Origin: a bacterium
GTDB lineage: Bacteria > Armatimonadota > Zipacnadia > Zipacnadales > Zipacnadaceae
NCBI GenBank assembly: GCA_030602615.1
Contig: JAUVZM010000008.1
Span: 1,322-65,321 of the forward strand
Direction: 5' to 3'
Length of the DNA: 64,000 bases
In this document: in pieces, positions 9,944-19,573 of the stretch
How positions within the stretch are numbered: position 1 is the stretch's first letter
Layout: each line of letters starts with the position of its first letter
The notes under the pieces: model-generated
What the model was told of the DNA's origin: nothing
Databases searched by the model: none
What the model saw: the letters and a program-made list of their open reading frames with translations, nothing else
Made by a program: the position numbers and the translations under genes

Positions 9944-10588
9944 TCAATCTACCTCCTGTGACTGTTTTTTGCATTTGAATACCCGATAGCCCCACTTGCG
10001 TGAGACGATCTCGCATTCAGAAAACATTGGCGCCATCTCGCGAAGGTGGCTCTTGGCGCCCTGGCGAGTGTGAATGACCATCCATAGGACACCGCCGGGA
10101 TGTAGCCGCTCGGCGGCATCACCTATCAACTCGTAGAGCTTCTGCTTGCCGACGCGAATCGGCGGATTGCACAGCACCACATCAAAATGCCGCTCGCCCA
10201 GTACCTGTGGCGCATCGCCAGTGAGCACCTCGACATTGCTTATTACGTTGGCCTGGGCGTTGTCGGCGGCCAGCTTAGTGGCCCGCTCGTTGATGTCCAC
10301 CAGCGTCACGCGGGCCTCTGGTCGCAGTTCGGCCGCCACCAGCCCGATTACGCCGTATCCGCAGCCCAGATCGAGAAAATCTCCCGCCTCGGGCAGCTCC
10401 ATCTTCTTGAGCAGCCGCAGCGTGCCATCGTCAAGCTGACCATGCGAGAACACACCCCGGTCGGAAGTCAGCGTCAGCTCCACGCCTCGCACCGAAATGG
10501 TGAACTGTTCGGGTTGCGACTTGGCCGCCGGCTGGGCAGTGAAGTAGTGATCGCTACCGGAGTTTGTGGTCTCTTTGTTACCATTCAT
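9944..10588 (-). CDS. class I SAM-dependent methyltransferase (RsmC/RlmG-like small-domain type)
   Basis: SAM motif I (DLGCGYGVIG) and NPPIRVG motif. ATG 10588 was chosen because the longer ORF (to 10735) would overlap thiD by about 100 nt. Confidence 0.75.
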   Translation of the reverse strand: MNGNKETTNSGSDHYFTAQPAAKSQPEQFTISVRGVELTLTSDRGVFSHGQLDDGTLRLLKKMELPEAGDFLDLGCGYGVIGLVAAELRPEARVTLVDINERATKLAADNAQANVISNVEVLTGDAPQVLGERHFDVVLCNPPIRVGKQKLYELIGDAAERLHPGGVLWMVIHTRQGAKSHLREMAPMFSECEIVSRKWGYRVFKCKKQSQEVD

Positions 10589-10628
10589 TATTGTTGGCGT
10601 GCCGTTGCTTCTCGCAGGCAGTGATGTT

Positions 10629-11441
10629 CTATCTGGCAAATGTTCCGGGATTAACCGGCCCCGGACCTTCGCCGATTGGCAAGGCTGCCTCAATCGCCTG
10701 CATCGTAAACTGTTTGGCTTGTTTGATTGCTTCAAGGCGGTCGCTCCCCTTCGCCAGGTATGCTGCTATCGCCGACGAGAAGGTGCAACCGCTACCGTGG
10801 GTCCCCGCGCTGGCTACCTTCGGCGAGGCTAATTCGCGCAAGTCATCACTTTCACTGTCATAGATAATGTCAATTGTGTTGTCGCTCAAGTGCCCGCCGG
10901 TGACGACCACCGCCCGCGGGCCCAACTCACACAGCGCTACCGCTGCCTGGCGCATCTGCTCGATACTCTCGACGGGCCGGTCCAGCAGCACGCTGGCCTC
11001 CGCCGCGTTGGGCGTGATGACCTCCGCCAGCGGGAAAAGCTGCTCAATGTAGACCGCCTCGGCCGCCTCCAGCAGCAGCCTGGCGCCCGACGTCGCCACC
11101 ATTACTGGATCCACCACCAGGTGGGGAATGTTGTGGTGCCGGATGCGGTCGGCCACCACCTCTATGATGGCAGCGTTGGCCAGCATCCCCGTCTTCGCTG
11201 CGTGACAGGGCAGGTCGGATATGATAGAATCTATCTGTGCGGCGACCAGCTCAGGCGGCAGCGGATGAGCCTGCTGGACGCCGACGGTGTTCTGGGCGGT
11301 AATCGCAGTAATCACGCAGGTCCCATATATGCCGAGGGCAGCGAAAGTCTTCAGATCAGCCTGAATGCCGGCACCGCCGCCGGAGTCCGACCCGGCAATA
11401 GTCATACTTACGGGAATGTTCGGTTGGACTCGTTCAGACAT
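10629..11441 (-). CDS. thiD: hydroxymethylpyrimidine/phosphomethylpyrimidine kinase
   Basis: IAGSDSGGGAGIQADLKT and a C-terminal GTHGSGCTFSSAI anion-hole motif. Confidence 0.9.
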   Translation of the reverse strand: MSERVQPNIPVSMTIAGSDSGGGAGIQADLKTFAALGIYGTCVITAITAQNTVGVQQAHPLPPELVAAQIDSIISDLPCHAAKTGMLANAAIIEVVADRIRHHNIPHLVVDPVMVATSGARLLLEAAEAVYIEQLFPLAEVITPNAAEASVLLDRPVESIEQMRQAAVALCELGPRAVVVTGGHLSDNTIDIIYDSESDDLRELASPKVASAGTHGSGCTFSSAIAAYLAKGSDRLEAIKQAKQFTMQAIEAALPIGEGPGPVNPGTFAR

Positions 11442-11529
11442 ATAGTTGATATCATCCCATTGAATGACTGCCTTGCATCATTACTATTCACCATATAGCA
11501 ACCTTATACCTACCTGGGAGCAGCAACTG

Positions 11530-12090
11530 ATGCGCCGCAAGCCGGCCATATTGCTCGATCGCGATGGAGTAATCAACACCGACAAGGTTGGCTGGGTGGA
11601 GAGGTGGGACGAGTTCGAGTTTTGTCCCGGTGCACTGGCGGCTATCCGCAAGCTCACTGAGGCCGGCTGGGAGGTCTATGTAATCACCAACCAGTCGGGC
11701 ATAGCCAAGGGCTTGTACTCAGAGCAGCGCCTGGTAGATATTCACTGGCGGATGATGATAGAGATACGCCGGGCTGGCGGGCGGGTGCTGGGCATCCAGT
11801 TCTGCCCCCATACTGACGAAGATGAGTGCCTGTGCCGCAAGCCGCGACTGGGGATGCTGCTCAAGACCGCCGCCAAATGGGGACTCGACCTGGGGTGCTC
11901 TTATTTCGTCGGCGATTCAGCCCGTGATATTCAGGCCGGGGCCGCCGTCGGCTGCACGACCTTCTGGGTGCAGACCCATTACAGCGATGGGCGCACCCAG
12001 CGCCAGCGCGAAGAGATGGTCATTGCGCCCGACTATGAGGTGACAGATCTAGCCAAAGCAGTGGAGATTATCATGGCAAGGAGGCCCTAA
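11530..12090 (+). CDS. gmhB: HAD-IIIA phosphatase, D-glycero-D-manno-heptose 1,7-bisphosphate phosphatase-like
   Basis: HAD motif I (DRDGVIN), ITNQSGI, a Zn-loop (CPH...C.CRKP) and VGDSARD. ATG 11530 was chosen. Confidence 0.7.
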   Translation: MRRKPAILLDRDGVINTDKVGWVERWDEFEFCPGALAAIRKLTEAGWEVYVITNQSGIAKGLYSEQRLVDIHWRMMIEIRRAGGRVLGIQFCPHTDEDECLCRKPRLGMLLKTAAKWGLDLGCSYFVGDSARDIQAGAAVGCTTFWVQTHYSDGRTQRQREEMVIAPDYEVTDLAKAVEIIMARRP

Positions 12091-12119
12091 TAACGGCGCA
12101 CCGCCTTAAGAACCCTTTC

Positions 12120-12148
12120 TTGACTGGTTTTGTTGTGGGCGATATAGT
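12120..12148 (+). promoter_or_regulatory. sigma70-type promoter
   Basis: TTGACT-N17-TATAGT, with the -35 at 12120-12125 and the -10 at 12143-12148. It is followed by the SD GGGAGG and ATG 12187. Confidence 0.5.
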
Positions 12149-12186
12149 GGATTTGTGCACACTATGGGTTTCGGGAGGCTATCGGC

Positions 12187-12669
12187 ATGCCAGATATACA
12201 GGATTATGTGTTAATGAGCGGGGCATACTCCACGATGGTCGTCGGCGTCGCGGTTCTCGTCGCCTTGGTATACCTATACGTGACCGTCCGACTGCGCGGG
12301 ACACTATTTCTGCTCATGTGGAAGTCACCGGTAATGGCGCTGGGAGCCTATCTGTATCTGCGCAGCGCCTGGCGCTGGCCTAAGTCGTTGGCGATATGGC
12401 TCCCGTTCGGCTCACTTGGGGTGGCTTACGAGTTCGTCTTCCCGCAATGGAGGGGCCAATGGGCGAATTATCTCATGAGCCACCCCACCGCCATGTTCGG
12501 CATGAGCGCCGGTTCGTTAATTGCTTTTACAGGCTATGTAACGGGTCTCATTACCAGCGGATTGCTATTGCTGGCCGTTATTTTCCTCATCCAGGATTTC
12601 CTTCACTTGCGTCGTCAGCCGAGGAATCTGGATGAAAAGCTGGCCGCTGCCTCTGAGGGGTTGCAATAA
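12187..12669 (+). CDS. hypothetical integral membrane protein
   Basis: 160 aa with about 4 hydrophobic helices and an SD GGGAGG 8 nt upstream. Its stop overlaps the next start by 1 nt (TAATG at 12667-12671). Confidence 0.6.
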   Translation: MPDIQDYVLMSGAYSTMVVGVAVLVALVYLYVTVRLRGTLFLLMWKSPVMALGAYLYLRSAWRWPKSLAIWLPFGSLGVAYEFVFPQWRGQWANYLMSHPTAMFGMSAGSLIAFTGYVTGLITSGLLLLAVIFLIQDFLHLRRQPRNLDEKLAAASEGLQ

Positions 12670-13796
12670 TGACCGATACACCCGATGCAGTACAGGGCTT
12701 AACTCCGCTGCATGGCCGGGTGGCCGCAGTGTGGACGCGGCCCGAAACAGTCCTAGATGACATCCAGCGGGTGATGGAACTGGCCGGATACACTGAAGCT
12801 CTGCCTGCTGGTATTGACACGCTGCTCAAGATCAATATTTCCTGGCACCACTACTACCCGGCTTGCTCGACCACCGCCTGGCAGTTTGACGGGGTGACTC
12901 GGGCGATGCTGGAGGCTGGCTGGCAGCCTGAGCAGCTCATCCCCGCCCAGAATGCCACTGTGGTGGTGGACCCCAAGCTCGGTTCGGTCAACAATCACCT
13001 GGTTTCCGTCGCCGACAAGTATGGCCTGGAGTTTGTCTGGCTTTATGAGCCGGACGTGAAGTGGATCATCTACGAGCCTGAGAGTGAGTTGCTGGCTCTA
13101 CCCGATATATATCCCGATGGCATCGAAATCCCCGAGATGTTCATCGGCAAAAGCGCCATTCACCTGCCCACGGTCAAGACCCACGTCTTCACGACTACCA
13201 CCGGGGCTATGAAAAACGCCTTTGGCGGGCTGCTCAACAACAATCGCCACTGGTGTCATACCCGCATTCACGAGGCCCTGGTGGACTTGCTGGCCATTCA
13301 GCAGGAGATTCATCCTGGGTTATTCGCAGTCATGGACGGGACCATCGCCGGCAGCGGCCCCGGTCCCCGCTGCATGGTTCCGCAGGTCAAGAATGTCCTG
13401 CTGGCCTCGGCTGATCAGGTGGCGATTGATGCCATTGCCGCCAAGATAATGGGCTTTGATCCGCTGAGCCTGGACTACATTCGCCTGGCAAGTGAACGGG
13501 GTCTGGGCATTGGCGACCCGGAGCAGATAGAAGTGGTCGGCGACGAAGAAATCGCCGAGCAGAATTGGGGCTTCGAGGTGGGGGAGACCTTCGCCAGTCG
13601 CGGGCAGAAGTGCATCTATCATGGCTGCCTGAAGCCCTTCGAGAAGCTGCTTCTGCGCACTGCGATAGCCCCGTGGTCCTATGCCGCCTCCCGTGTGTAC
13701 CATGATGCCTGGTGGTTCCCCCGTTATGGTCGTCCCCGCGCCCAAAAGATCATCGAGACCACCGGCTGGGGCGAGTTGTTCAAGCAGTATGGCTAG
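12669..13796 (+). CDS. DUF362-like protein
   Basis: Segments remembered from the DUF362 family (LLKINISW, LPTVKTHVFTTTTGAMKN, DGTIAGSGPGP, ASADQVAIDAI). This recognition is from memory and was not searched. Confidence 0.7.
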   Translation: MTDTPDAVQGLTPLHGRVAAVWTRPETVLDDIQRVMELAGYTEALPAGIDTLLKINISWHHYYPACSTTAWQFDGVTRAMLEAGWQPEQLIPAQNATVVVDPKLGSVNNHLVSVADKYGLEFVWLYEPDVKWIIYEPESELLALPDIYPDGIEIPEMFIGKSAIHLPTVKTHVFTTTTGAMKNAFGGLLNNNRHWCHTRIHEALVDLLAIQQEIHPGLFAVMDGTIAGSGPGPRCMVPQVKNVLLASADQVAIDAIAAKIMGFDPLSLDYIRLASERGLGIGDPEQIEVVGDEEIAEQNWGFEVGETFASRGQKCIYHGCLKPFEKLLLRTAIAPWSYAASRVYHDAWWFPRYGRPRAQKIIETTGWGELFKQYG

Positions 13797-13891
13797 AGTC
13801 CTTGCTATTAGTTGCTTGAAGAGAGGAGCACGGGGAGCAAGCAGGTGTCCGAAAGCGATCAGACAATTCTACGCGAACTGGCCGATAATCC

Positions 13892-13921
13892 TTGACGTAA
13901 TGGCCAAAATTGGGATATAAT
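13892..13921 (+). promoter_or_regulatory. sigma70-type promoter for the NfeD-flotillin operon
   Basis: TTGACG-N18-TATAAT, with the -35 at 13892-13897 and the -10 at 13916-13921. The SD GGGGAGGTG precedes ATG 13957. Confidence 0.55.
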
Positions 13922-13956
13922 CGCTGTCACACAGCGTATTCTGGGGAGGTGAGCCT

Positions 13957-14538
13957 ATGGACAGCCTGCACATTATCTATTGGTCAATGGCCGGAGTAGG
14001 TACGTTGGTCGTGGTGCTGTTGCTGATCCTCGGGCTTGACCACGATCTTGACTTCGGTGTTGACGCTGACGTGGATGTCGGATTTGATGCCGACGTCGCC
14101 TTTGATGCGGCTCATGACCTGGCCCTTGCTCACGAGGGACCCAGCCCACTCGGTCTTAAGACCATTATGGCCTTCGTTGGGGGCTGGGGGTGGGGCGGTC
14201 TGATCGGCCTCGATGCCCTTAAGTGGGGGGTGTTCAGCCTGCCTTTCGGAATGGCAGTCGGCCTGGCCCTCGCCGCAGTTGTCTTCTACTTCATGCGATT
14301 CCTCTATGCTCAGGAGGCTACTAGCACCGTCGGAGTGGCCCATATGATTGGGCAGGAGGGCGTGGTACTTACCACCATCCCATCCGGTGGCACTGGCGAA
14401 GTCCGCGTGAACGTGCAGGGTACGTCTCTCAAATGCCTGGCTCGTTCCGAGTCGGAAGAAGCTGTACCCGCTGGTGCGACCATTAGTGTAGTGGCAGAGG
14501 TCGGCGGAACACTGCTTGTCCGCCCGATTCGGCTATAA
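13957..14538 (+). CDS. NfeD-family membrane protein (short form, C-terminal OB fold)
   Basis: TM helices, an Asp-rich loop and a C-terminal OB-like segment (GTGEVRVNVQGTSLKCLARSE...ISVVAEVGGTLLVRP). It lies immediately upstream of a flotillin gene, as yuaF does relative to floT. Confidence 0.75.
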   Translation: MDSLHIIYWSMAGVGTLVVVLLLILGLDHDLDFGVDADVDVGFDADVAFDAAHDLALAHEGPSPLGLKTIMAFVGGWGWGGLIGLDALKWGVFSLPFGMAVGLALAAVVFYFMRFLYAQEATSTVGVAHMIGQEGVVLTTIPSGGTGEVRVNVQGTSLKCLARSESEEAVPAGATISVVAEVGGTLLVRPIRL

Positions 14539-14569
14539 AGACCGACTGACCCAGGGAGGAGGCGTAAGC

Positions 14570-16198
14570 ATGTACGAAGGAATTGGCATGCTGCCCGTTT
14601 ACATCGGCGGGGTAGTCATACTGGTCATTGCCGTCATGGCTATCGCCGCAAGCTACTACGTGAGAGTTCCCCCAAACCAGGTGGCAGTCGTCTTCGGCCG
14701 GCGATCCCGGGATGCTGAAGGCCATCTTACCGGTTTCCGGCTGGTACAGGGCGGGGGCTTCATCAACTGGCCTATCATTATCTCGGTGGAGTGGCTCTCA
14801 CTGGAGGTCATGCCCATTCCGGTCGAGACTACAGCAGCCGTCACCATTGATGGCGTACCCATACGAGTTGATACGCTGGCCAACATCAAGATCGGCTCCA
14901 TGGCGAGTTTGCAGAGGGCGGCGGCCGAGCGCTTTCTCACTATGCGCCATGAGAGCATCATAGCTCTCATCCAGCAGACGATGGAGGGCCATCTCCGTGC
15001 TATAGTTGGCACGATGACCGTTGAGGATTTAATCCAGAATCGGGCTGCCTTTTCGGCGAACCTCGTCGACCAGTCCGGCCTGGACCTCGAGACCATGGGT
15101 CTGGTCATTGACAACATGCCCATTCGGGAGATTAGTGACGAGCATGGCTACATTGATGCGCTGGGCAAGAGGCGGACCGCCGAAGTTAAGCGCGATGCCC
15201 AGATCGGTGAGGCGGAAGCGCAGCGGGATGCCGACATTCGTGCCTCGGAGGCCCTCCGGATTGGCGAGACAGCCAAGATCGAAGCTGACGTCGGCATCGC
15301 CGACGCCGACCGAGATCGGCGCGTCAAGGTAGCGCAGTTCGATGCCCAGGCTGACGGCGAGCGGGCCACGGCTGACCAGGCCGGGCCACTATCCTCCGCT
15401 CGGGCCCGGCAGGACGTGAAGCTTGAAGAGGTCAAAATCGAAGAAGTAGACCGCCAGTCCCGCATTGCCGTGCAACAGCAGGAAGCACTGCGCCGGGAAC
15501 AGGAGCTGGTTGCGACGGTCGTCAAACCAGCAGAGGCCGGGCGCGAGAAAGCAGTTATTGACGCTGAGGGCGTGCGCCGGTCGGCCATCGTGGTGGCCGA
15601 AGGGGACAAGCAGGCTGCCGTGTTGAGGGCCGAGGGACAAAGAGATGCTCGCATCGCTCAGGCTGAAGCCGACCAGACCGAACGTGAGCGGAGCGGGCTG
15701 GGTGACGGCGCCAAGTTCCAGGCGATTGGTGAGGGCGAGGCTGAAGCCATCCGCGCCAAAGGTCTGGCCGAAGGTGATGCCATCAAGGCCCGGATGCTCG
15801 CGGAAGCTGACGGCATGCAGGAGAAGGCCGCCGCCTGGAAGGAATACGGCGACGCCGCGGTCATCCAGCTCTTGCTGGAGCGGTATCCGGACATCGTCAC
15901 GGCTATGGGCGAGCCAATGCAGGCCATCGGCACCGGCCTGGCCGGAGTCGATCACATATCTATCGTGGATATCGGTGGTGGCAGTGGCGACGGACAGCCG
16001 CCCGTTGGCCGGCTCATCAACCAGATTCCCGAGCAATTCCTGAAGCTCAACGAACAGTTGAAGGCAGTCTTCGGCATCGATTTGGCCGAACTGCTGGCTC
16101 GTAGAATCGAGAGCAGTGGCTCCTCGGCAGGTGCGATGTCGCACCCCGAAGACGACTCCTCGGACACTAAGTCTGCACCCCAAGACGAGGAAGCATGA
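14570..16198 (+). CDS. flotillin-family SPFH/band-7 protein
   Basis: N-terminal TM, an SPFH domain and a long Ala/Glu/Arg-rich coiled-coil flotillin region (AEAQRDADIRASEA...). ATG 14570 is preferred because GGGAGGAGG lies 8 nt upstream. Confidence 0.85.
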   Translation: MYEGIGMLPVYIGGVVILVIAVMAIAASYYVRVPPNQVAVVFGRRSRDAEGHLTGFRLVQGGGFINWPIIISVEWLSLEVMPIPVETTAAVTIDGVPIRVDTLANIKIGSMASLQRAAAERFLTMRHESIIALIQQTMEGHLRAIVGTMTVEDLIQNRAAFSANLVDQSGLDLETMGLVIDNMPIREISDEHGYIDALGKRRTAEVKRDAQIGEAEAQRDADIRASEALRIGETAKIEADVGIADADRDRRVKVAQFDAQADGERATADQAGPLSSARARQDVKLEEVKIEEVDRQSRIAVQQQEALRREQELVATVVKPAEAGREKAVIDAEGVRRSAIVVAEGDKQAAVLRAEGQRDARIAQAEADQTERERSGLGDGAKFQAIGEGEAEAIRAKGLAEGDAIKARMLAEADGMQEKAAAWKEYGDAAVIQLLLERYPDIVTAMGEPMQAIGTGLAGVDHISIVDIGGGSGDGQPPVGRLINQIPEQFLKLNEQLKAVFGIDLAELLARRIESSGSSAGAMSHPEDDSSDTKSAPQDEEA

Positions 16199-16403
16199 TC
16201 TGCATGGTCGAGCAGCTCGGCCATTCGGCTTTCGCCCTCACAAATCCGAGCAGACTCCGAGAGCCGAGCCTTCGGTTCGCCTCTGGCCTACTGGATTCGC
16301 TTGGACTGCTGTTGGCGGAAGCGTAGCTCTTCGGGCGGCATAGAAGTTCTGATCACCAGTAACGGCATCACTCGATATCCGCAAAGAAAGGAAGCCCGAA
16401 CCT

Positions 16404-16955
16404 ATGAAAGTAGTGGCTTTTGTGGGCAGTCCGCGTAAGGGTGGTAATACCGACACTTTGATAGAACAGGTACTGGCCGGCGCGGCTGATGCCGATCATG
16501 AAACAGAGAAAGTCTACCTGGCCGACTATGTCTTGACACCAATTGACCCGGTGTATGGCGAGGAGGCAAACTGGACCGACCCGCGCCAGGACGTAGCTGA
16601 CCAGCTCATTGATAAGATGGTGGCAGCCGATGCAGTGGTCCTCGGTACGCCGGTCTATTGGTTCAGTGTCAGCGGCCTGCTGAAGCTCTTCATTGATCGG
16701 TGGTCATTGTATCAGCGGGGCGATGAGCGGCTGCGCGATCTGACGCCGGGGAAGAAGCTGGTGGTAGTTGTGGCTATGGCCGACAGTGACACCAGCTATC
16801 TTGAGGCGGTGCTCGCGCCGCTGCGCTGGGCGGCCAAGTGGCTGAAGATGCAATGGGTCGGGGAGGTAGTCGCTACTGGCGTCAGTGACCCCGGAGAGGT
16901 CGAGCAGCACCCTGATCTGCTGGCCGACGCCCGCGCCCTGGGCCAGTCGCTATAA
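16404..16955 (+). CDS. flavodoxin-like NAD(P)H-dependent FMN reductase family protein
   Basis: MKVVAFVGSPRKGGNT and VLGTPVYWFSVSG..LFIDR motifs. Confidence 0.75.
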   Translation: MKVVAFVGSPRKGGNTDTLIEQVLAGAADADHETEKVYLADYVLTPIDPVYGEEANWTDPRQDVADQLIDKMVAADAVVLGTPVYWFSVSGLLKLFIDRWSLYQRGDERLRDLTPGKKLVVVVAMADSDTSYLEAVLAPLRWAAKWLKMQWVGEVVATGVSDPGEVEQHPDLLADARALGQSL

Positions 16956-17142
16956 TCACCAATCACGTGAGCAGAATGGACTAGGCACCAGAACACCTGT
17001 TGACGAAGTTCCGGGCGTGAAGTAGTGCTCTACCACCTCTATGCCCGTCTCCGCCAGCTCTGCTCGCTTGGGAGGTGCTCCAGGCGGCTCAGCAGGCTGA
17101 TCTGTCCATGATAGCAGGCACAGCAGCCTTTACTGTGAGGAC

Positions 17143-17517
17143 CTACACAGCGTTGAGGACATCACTCACTGAGACGATGCCCTGCACCTTGCCCCCAAAG
17201 ATGACTGGCGCCCGCGACAGTCCCTGGTTGGCCATCAGTCGTGCTACATGCCTGATGTCCAGGTCCTTGTTGACCACCACCAGCGGCTTGCTCATGATCT
17301 CGTGGATCGCCACCGCCGTTGGATCCTCCTCGTGGGCGATCACCTCATAGCAAATATCGCGCTGAGTGACAATACCGTAGGCGTCGTCCTCGGAGCGACG
17401 GTCAACTATCAGGCACCTGACCCCCTCGTCCTTCATCATCTGGATGGCATCCGCCACCGTTGCGCTCCCGTCGATGGTGACTATGTCCCTGGTCATCAGA
17501 TCTTGGGCCGTAGCCAT
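17143..17517 (-). CDS. CBS-pair domain protein
   Basis: Two CBS repeats (LMTRDIVTI..., IMSKPLVVV...GIVSVSDVL). ATG 17517 is preferred because GGAAGGAG lies 8 nt upstream. Confidence 0.8.
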   Translation of the reverse strand: MATAQDLMTRDIVTIDGSATVADAIQMMKDEGVRCLIVDRRSEDDAYGIVTQRDICYEVIAHEEDPTAVAIHEIMSKPLVVVNKDLDIRHVARLMANQGLSRAPVIFGGKVQGIVSVSDVLNAV

Positions 17518-17655
17518 ATCTGCCACTCCTTCCCGTCTAAAGACTCTGTGTGGGATGGGTCTTATTACATCTATTCGTCGTACGCACGCAGATTCCTTCC
17601 CAGCCCGCTTTCCCCAGGCTGGCAGGTCAGCCTGCCTCCCGTCTGCCCGGGCGGA

Positions 17656-17898
17656 TCAGGGCATCTCTGATTGCTGGCCGACGGCGGGTAGGCTCTCTTT
17701 GGTTCGCTTCGCCCATGCCAGGGCCAGCATCTCCTCTAACATCAGGGCGATAGCAAAGAACAGAAGCATGTCGGTAAATCTCAGCCAGGCTGAAGGTGTA
17801 GCTACCGCGCGCAGTGCCACCCACCAGTACTTGGCCAGAATAGCTCCTATTCCGCTGGCGATGGCAAACAGAATCAACAATCGGCGCACCACTATCAT
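17656..17898 (-). CDS. small hypothetical membrane protein (80 aa)
   Basis: Two predicted TM helices and an SD GAGGAGGG about 8 nt upstream of the ATG. Confidence 0.5.
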   Translation of the reverse strand: MIVVRRLLILFAIASGIGAILAKYWWVALRAVATPSAWLRFTDMLLFFAIALMLEEMLALAWAKRTKESLPAVGQQSEMP

Positions 17899-18042
17899 CT
17901 TTGGTCCCTCCTCGTCGCAATTACCTGTTCACCGCATAACTAATGTTCGCTGCTGGCAACTTAATTCCTTGTGACTCCGGGCATCAGAGCCTGTGATTTT
18001 CTCCCATTCAGTTGCTGTGGTAGACTATTATCCCCAGCGGCC

Positions 18043-18513
18043 CTATTGATCCTCCAGATTCATTTCGTAGGTGTAACTTTCGCCCTCGTGGTGGACCAGC
18101 TCGAACCCAGCTTTTTCATAGACTCGACGCGCCGCCGGCACATGGGTGGTGTGAACTCCGATGCGCCTGGCGCCCAGCCTACCTAGCTCTGCTACGGTCC
18201 GCTGCACCAGTTGCGTACTGATGCCGCGGTCGCGATACTCATCAAGCACCGCATTATTCTGGATTCTGCCACTGCGCTGCTCTCCATCATATTCAATGGT
18301 AGCAAAGCCCACGATGTCATCATCTTCAATGGCGACATAGACCCAGTCGGGATGGTCCAGGCAGTACTGGCGGGCTTCTGTGCGGCGCTCGTGTTGAAGC
18401 TGTTCGTCCTGCGCCATGCTATGCGCTTCGCCCCATCCGCTGCTGAGGAACGAACGGGCGTCCACTTCACCTATCCGCTGGGCATCTTCGGGACTGGCCT
18501 TCCTGATCAGCAT
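18043..18513 (-). CDS. GNAT-family N-acetyltransferase
   Basis: VAIEDDDIVGFATI plus the acetyl-CoA loop YRDRGISTQLV. ATG 18513 was chosen because of the spacing to AAGGAAG. Confidence 0.8.
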   Translation of the reverse strand: MLIRKASPEDAQRIGEVDARSFLSSGWGEAHSMAQDEQLQHERRTEARQYCLDHPDWVYVAIEDDDIVGFATIEYDGEQRSGRIQNNAVLDEYRDRGISTQLVQRTVAELGRLGARRIGVHTTHVPAARRVYEKAGFELVHHEGESYTYEMNLEDQ

Positions 18514-18577
18514 GCCCATCACTTCCTTTGTGTGCTGCTTTCGGTGACGATTACAGTGATTCGCCACACGCCCGCAA

Positions 18578-19348
18578 CTAGTGTTGACTTTGCCCAAAGA
18601 ACTCTTCATAAAGCTGGCCGGCAGCCTCGTCTTGTTTGACAGCGCGGATCTGCTTGACTACCTTCTCCACTGCCGCTTCTATCATTTCTTCCCCTTGTTC
18701 CACTGTGCCGCGACTGCCGTCGCCGGCATACTGGTTTGGGTAGTCGGCGTACCAATTGGTCGCCGTAGCCAGCCCGGGCAGGTGAGCATATCTGTCCAAA
18801 GGTTGACCCTGTTCTGGAGGGGGAACCTGGTCCATCTTTACCAGCTCGGGGTTGACGGCCAATTGCCCACTGGTCTCCCCCTCGCCAGCGTGTCCGATCC
18901 GCTTGACGCCATCCACGTCCAGGCCTTCCCACCAGTTGCTCACATACACTACGAAGTCCCGCTGTTCTTCCAGCGCGGTCCTCAAAAAGAAGCCCAGGAA
19001 GTCATTATTGCCACCGTGGCCATTGACTATCAGGATTTTCTTGAGACCGTTACGCGCGATTTCCGCGCAAACGCTATCCAGCAGGCACAGGATTAGCTCT
19101 CCGCCTAGGGCCACTGTTCCCGGTTTGTGCTTGGCCTCCAGGATCTGACCGAAGTAGTACCAGGGGAAGATAATGACCGGCTCCTGGCGGGCGGCGCGGA
19201 TAGCCACCTCCTGGGCCGCCGATAGGTCGGCCACCAGTGGTAAATGGCCGCCGTGAGGTTCGATAACCCCTAGTGGCAGCAAGCATACCCCTTGTGCTTG
19301 CTCTACTGCTGCCGGGAAATCCGCTGTGGTGAGCTCTTCCCATTTCAT
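18578..19348 (-). CDS. creatininase-family amidohydrolase
   Basis: LPLGVIEPHGGHLP, IVNGHGGN and GHAGEGETS motifs. ATG 19348 has GGAGGTG 7 nt upstream. Confidence 0.8.
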   Translation of the reverse strand: MKWEELTTADFPAAVEQAQGVCLLPLGVIEPHGGHLPLVADLSAAQEVAIRAARQEPVIIFPWYYFGQILEAKHKPGTVALGGELILCLLDSVCAEIARNGLKKILIVNGHGGNNDFLGFFLRTALEEQRDFVVYVSNWWEGLDVDGVKRIGHAGEGETSGQLAVNPELVKMDQVPPPEQGQPLDRYAHLPGLATATNWYADYPNQYAGDGSRGTVEQGEEMIEAAVEKVVKQIRAVKQDEAAGQLYEEFFGQSQH

Positions 19349-19573
19349 TGTCTGGTCACCTCCGAGTTTTATTCGGCTTGCCACAACTCTTCGTCGTCAC
19401 TCACAGAAATCCTCCTTGCACACCGGTAACTGCTGGCTCTGTAGGATAAAAAAGAGAGCCACGAGTTGCATCTAGACCGACCCTGGGCTGGTCCGCGGTC
19501 AGGGGAAGGAATCTTACCTGTTGCTGGTGAACAACTGCCCGACTGTCCACATTCGTGTTCGGAGGCAAATGCT

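Noticed and set aside
9349-9978. A 209-aa plus-strand ORF overlapping the nitroreductase gene.
   Set aside because: It is antisense to a gene with clear nitroreductase motifs. Its translation is Leu/Arg/Gln-rich with no recognisable domain.
11442-11529. A possible TPP riboswitch upstream of thiD.
   Set aside because: The leader is under 90 nt, is shared with the divergent gmhB-like gene, and lacks the conserved CUGAGA / ACCUGAUCUGGAUAAUGCCAGCG-type elements.
16259-16285. A hairpin after the flotillin gene, considered as a terminator (AGAG-C-CGAGCC uuc GGUUCG-C-CUCU).
   Set aside because: The stem is interrupted by a mismatch and a G-U pair, the loop is only 3 nt, and there is no U-tract. 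It is too weak to call.
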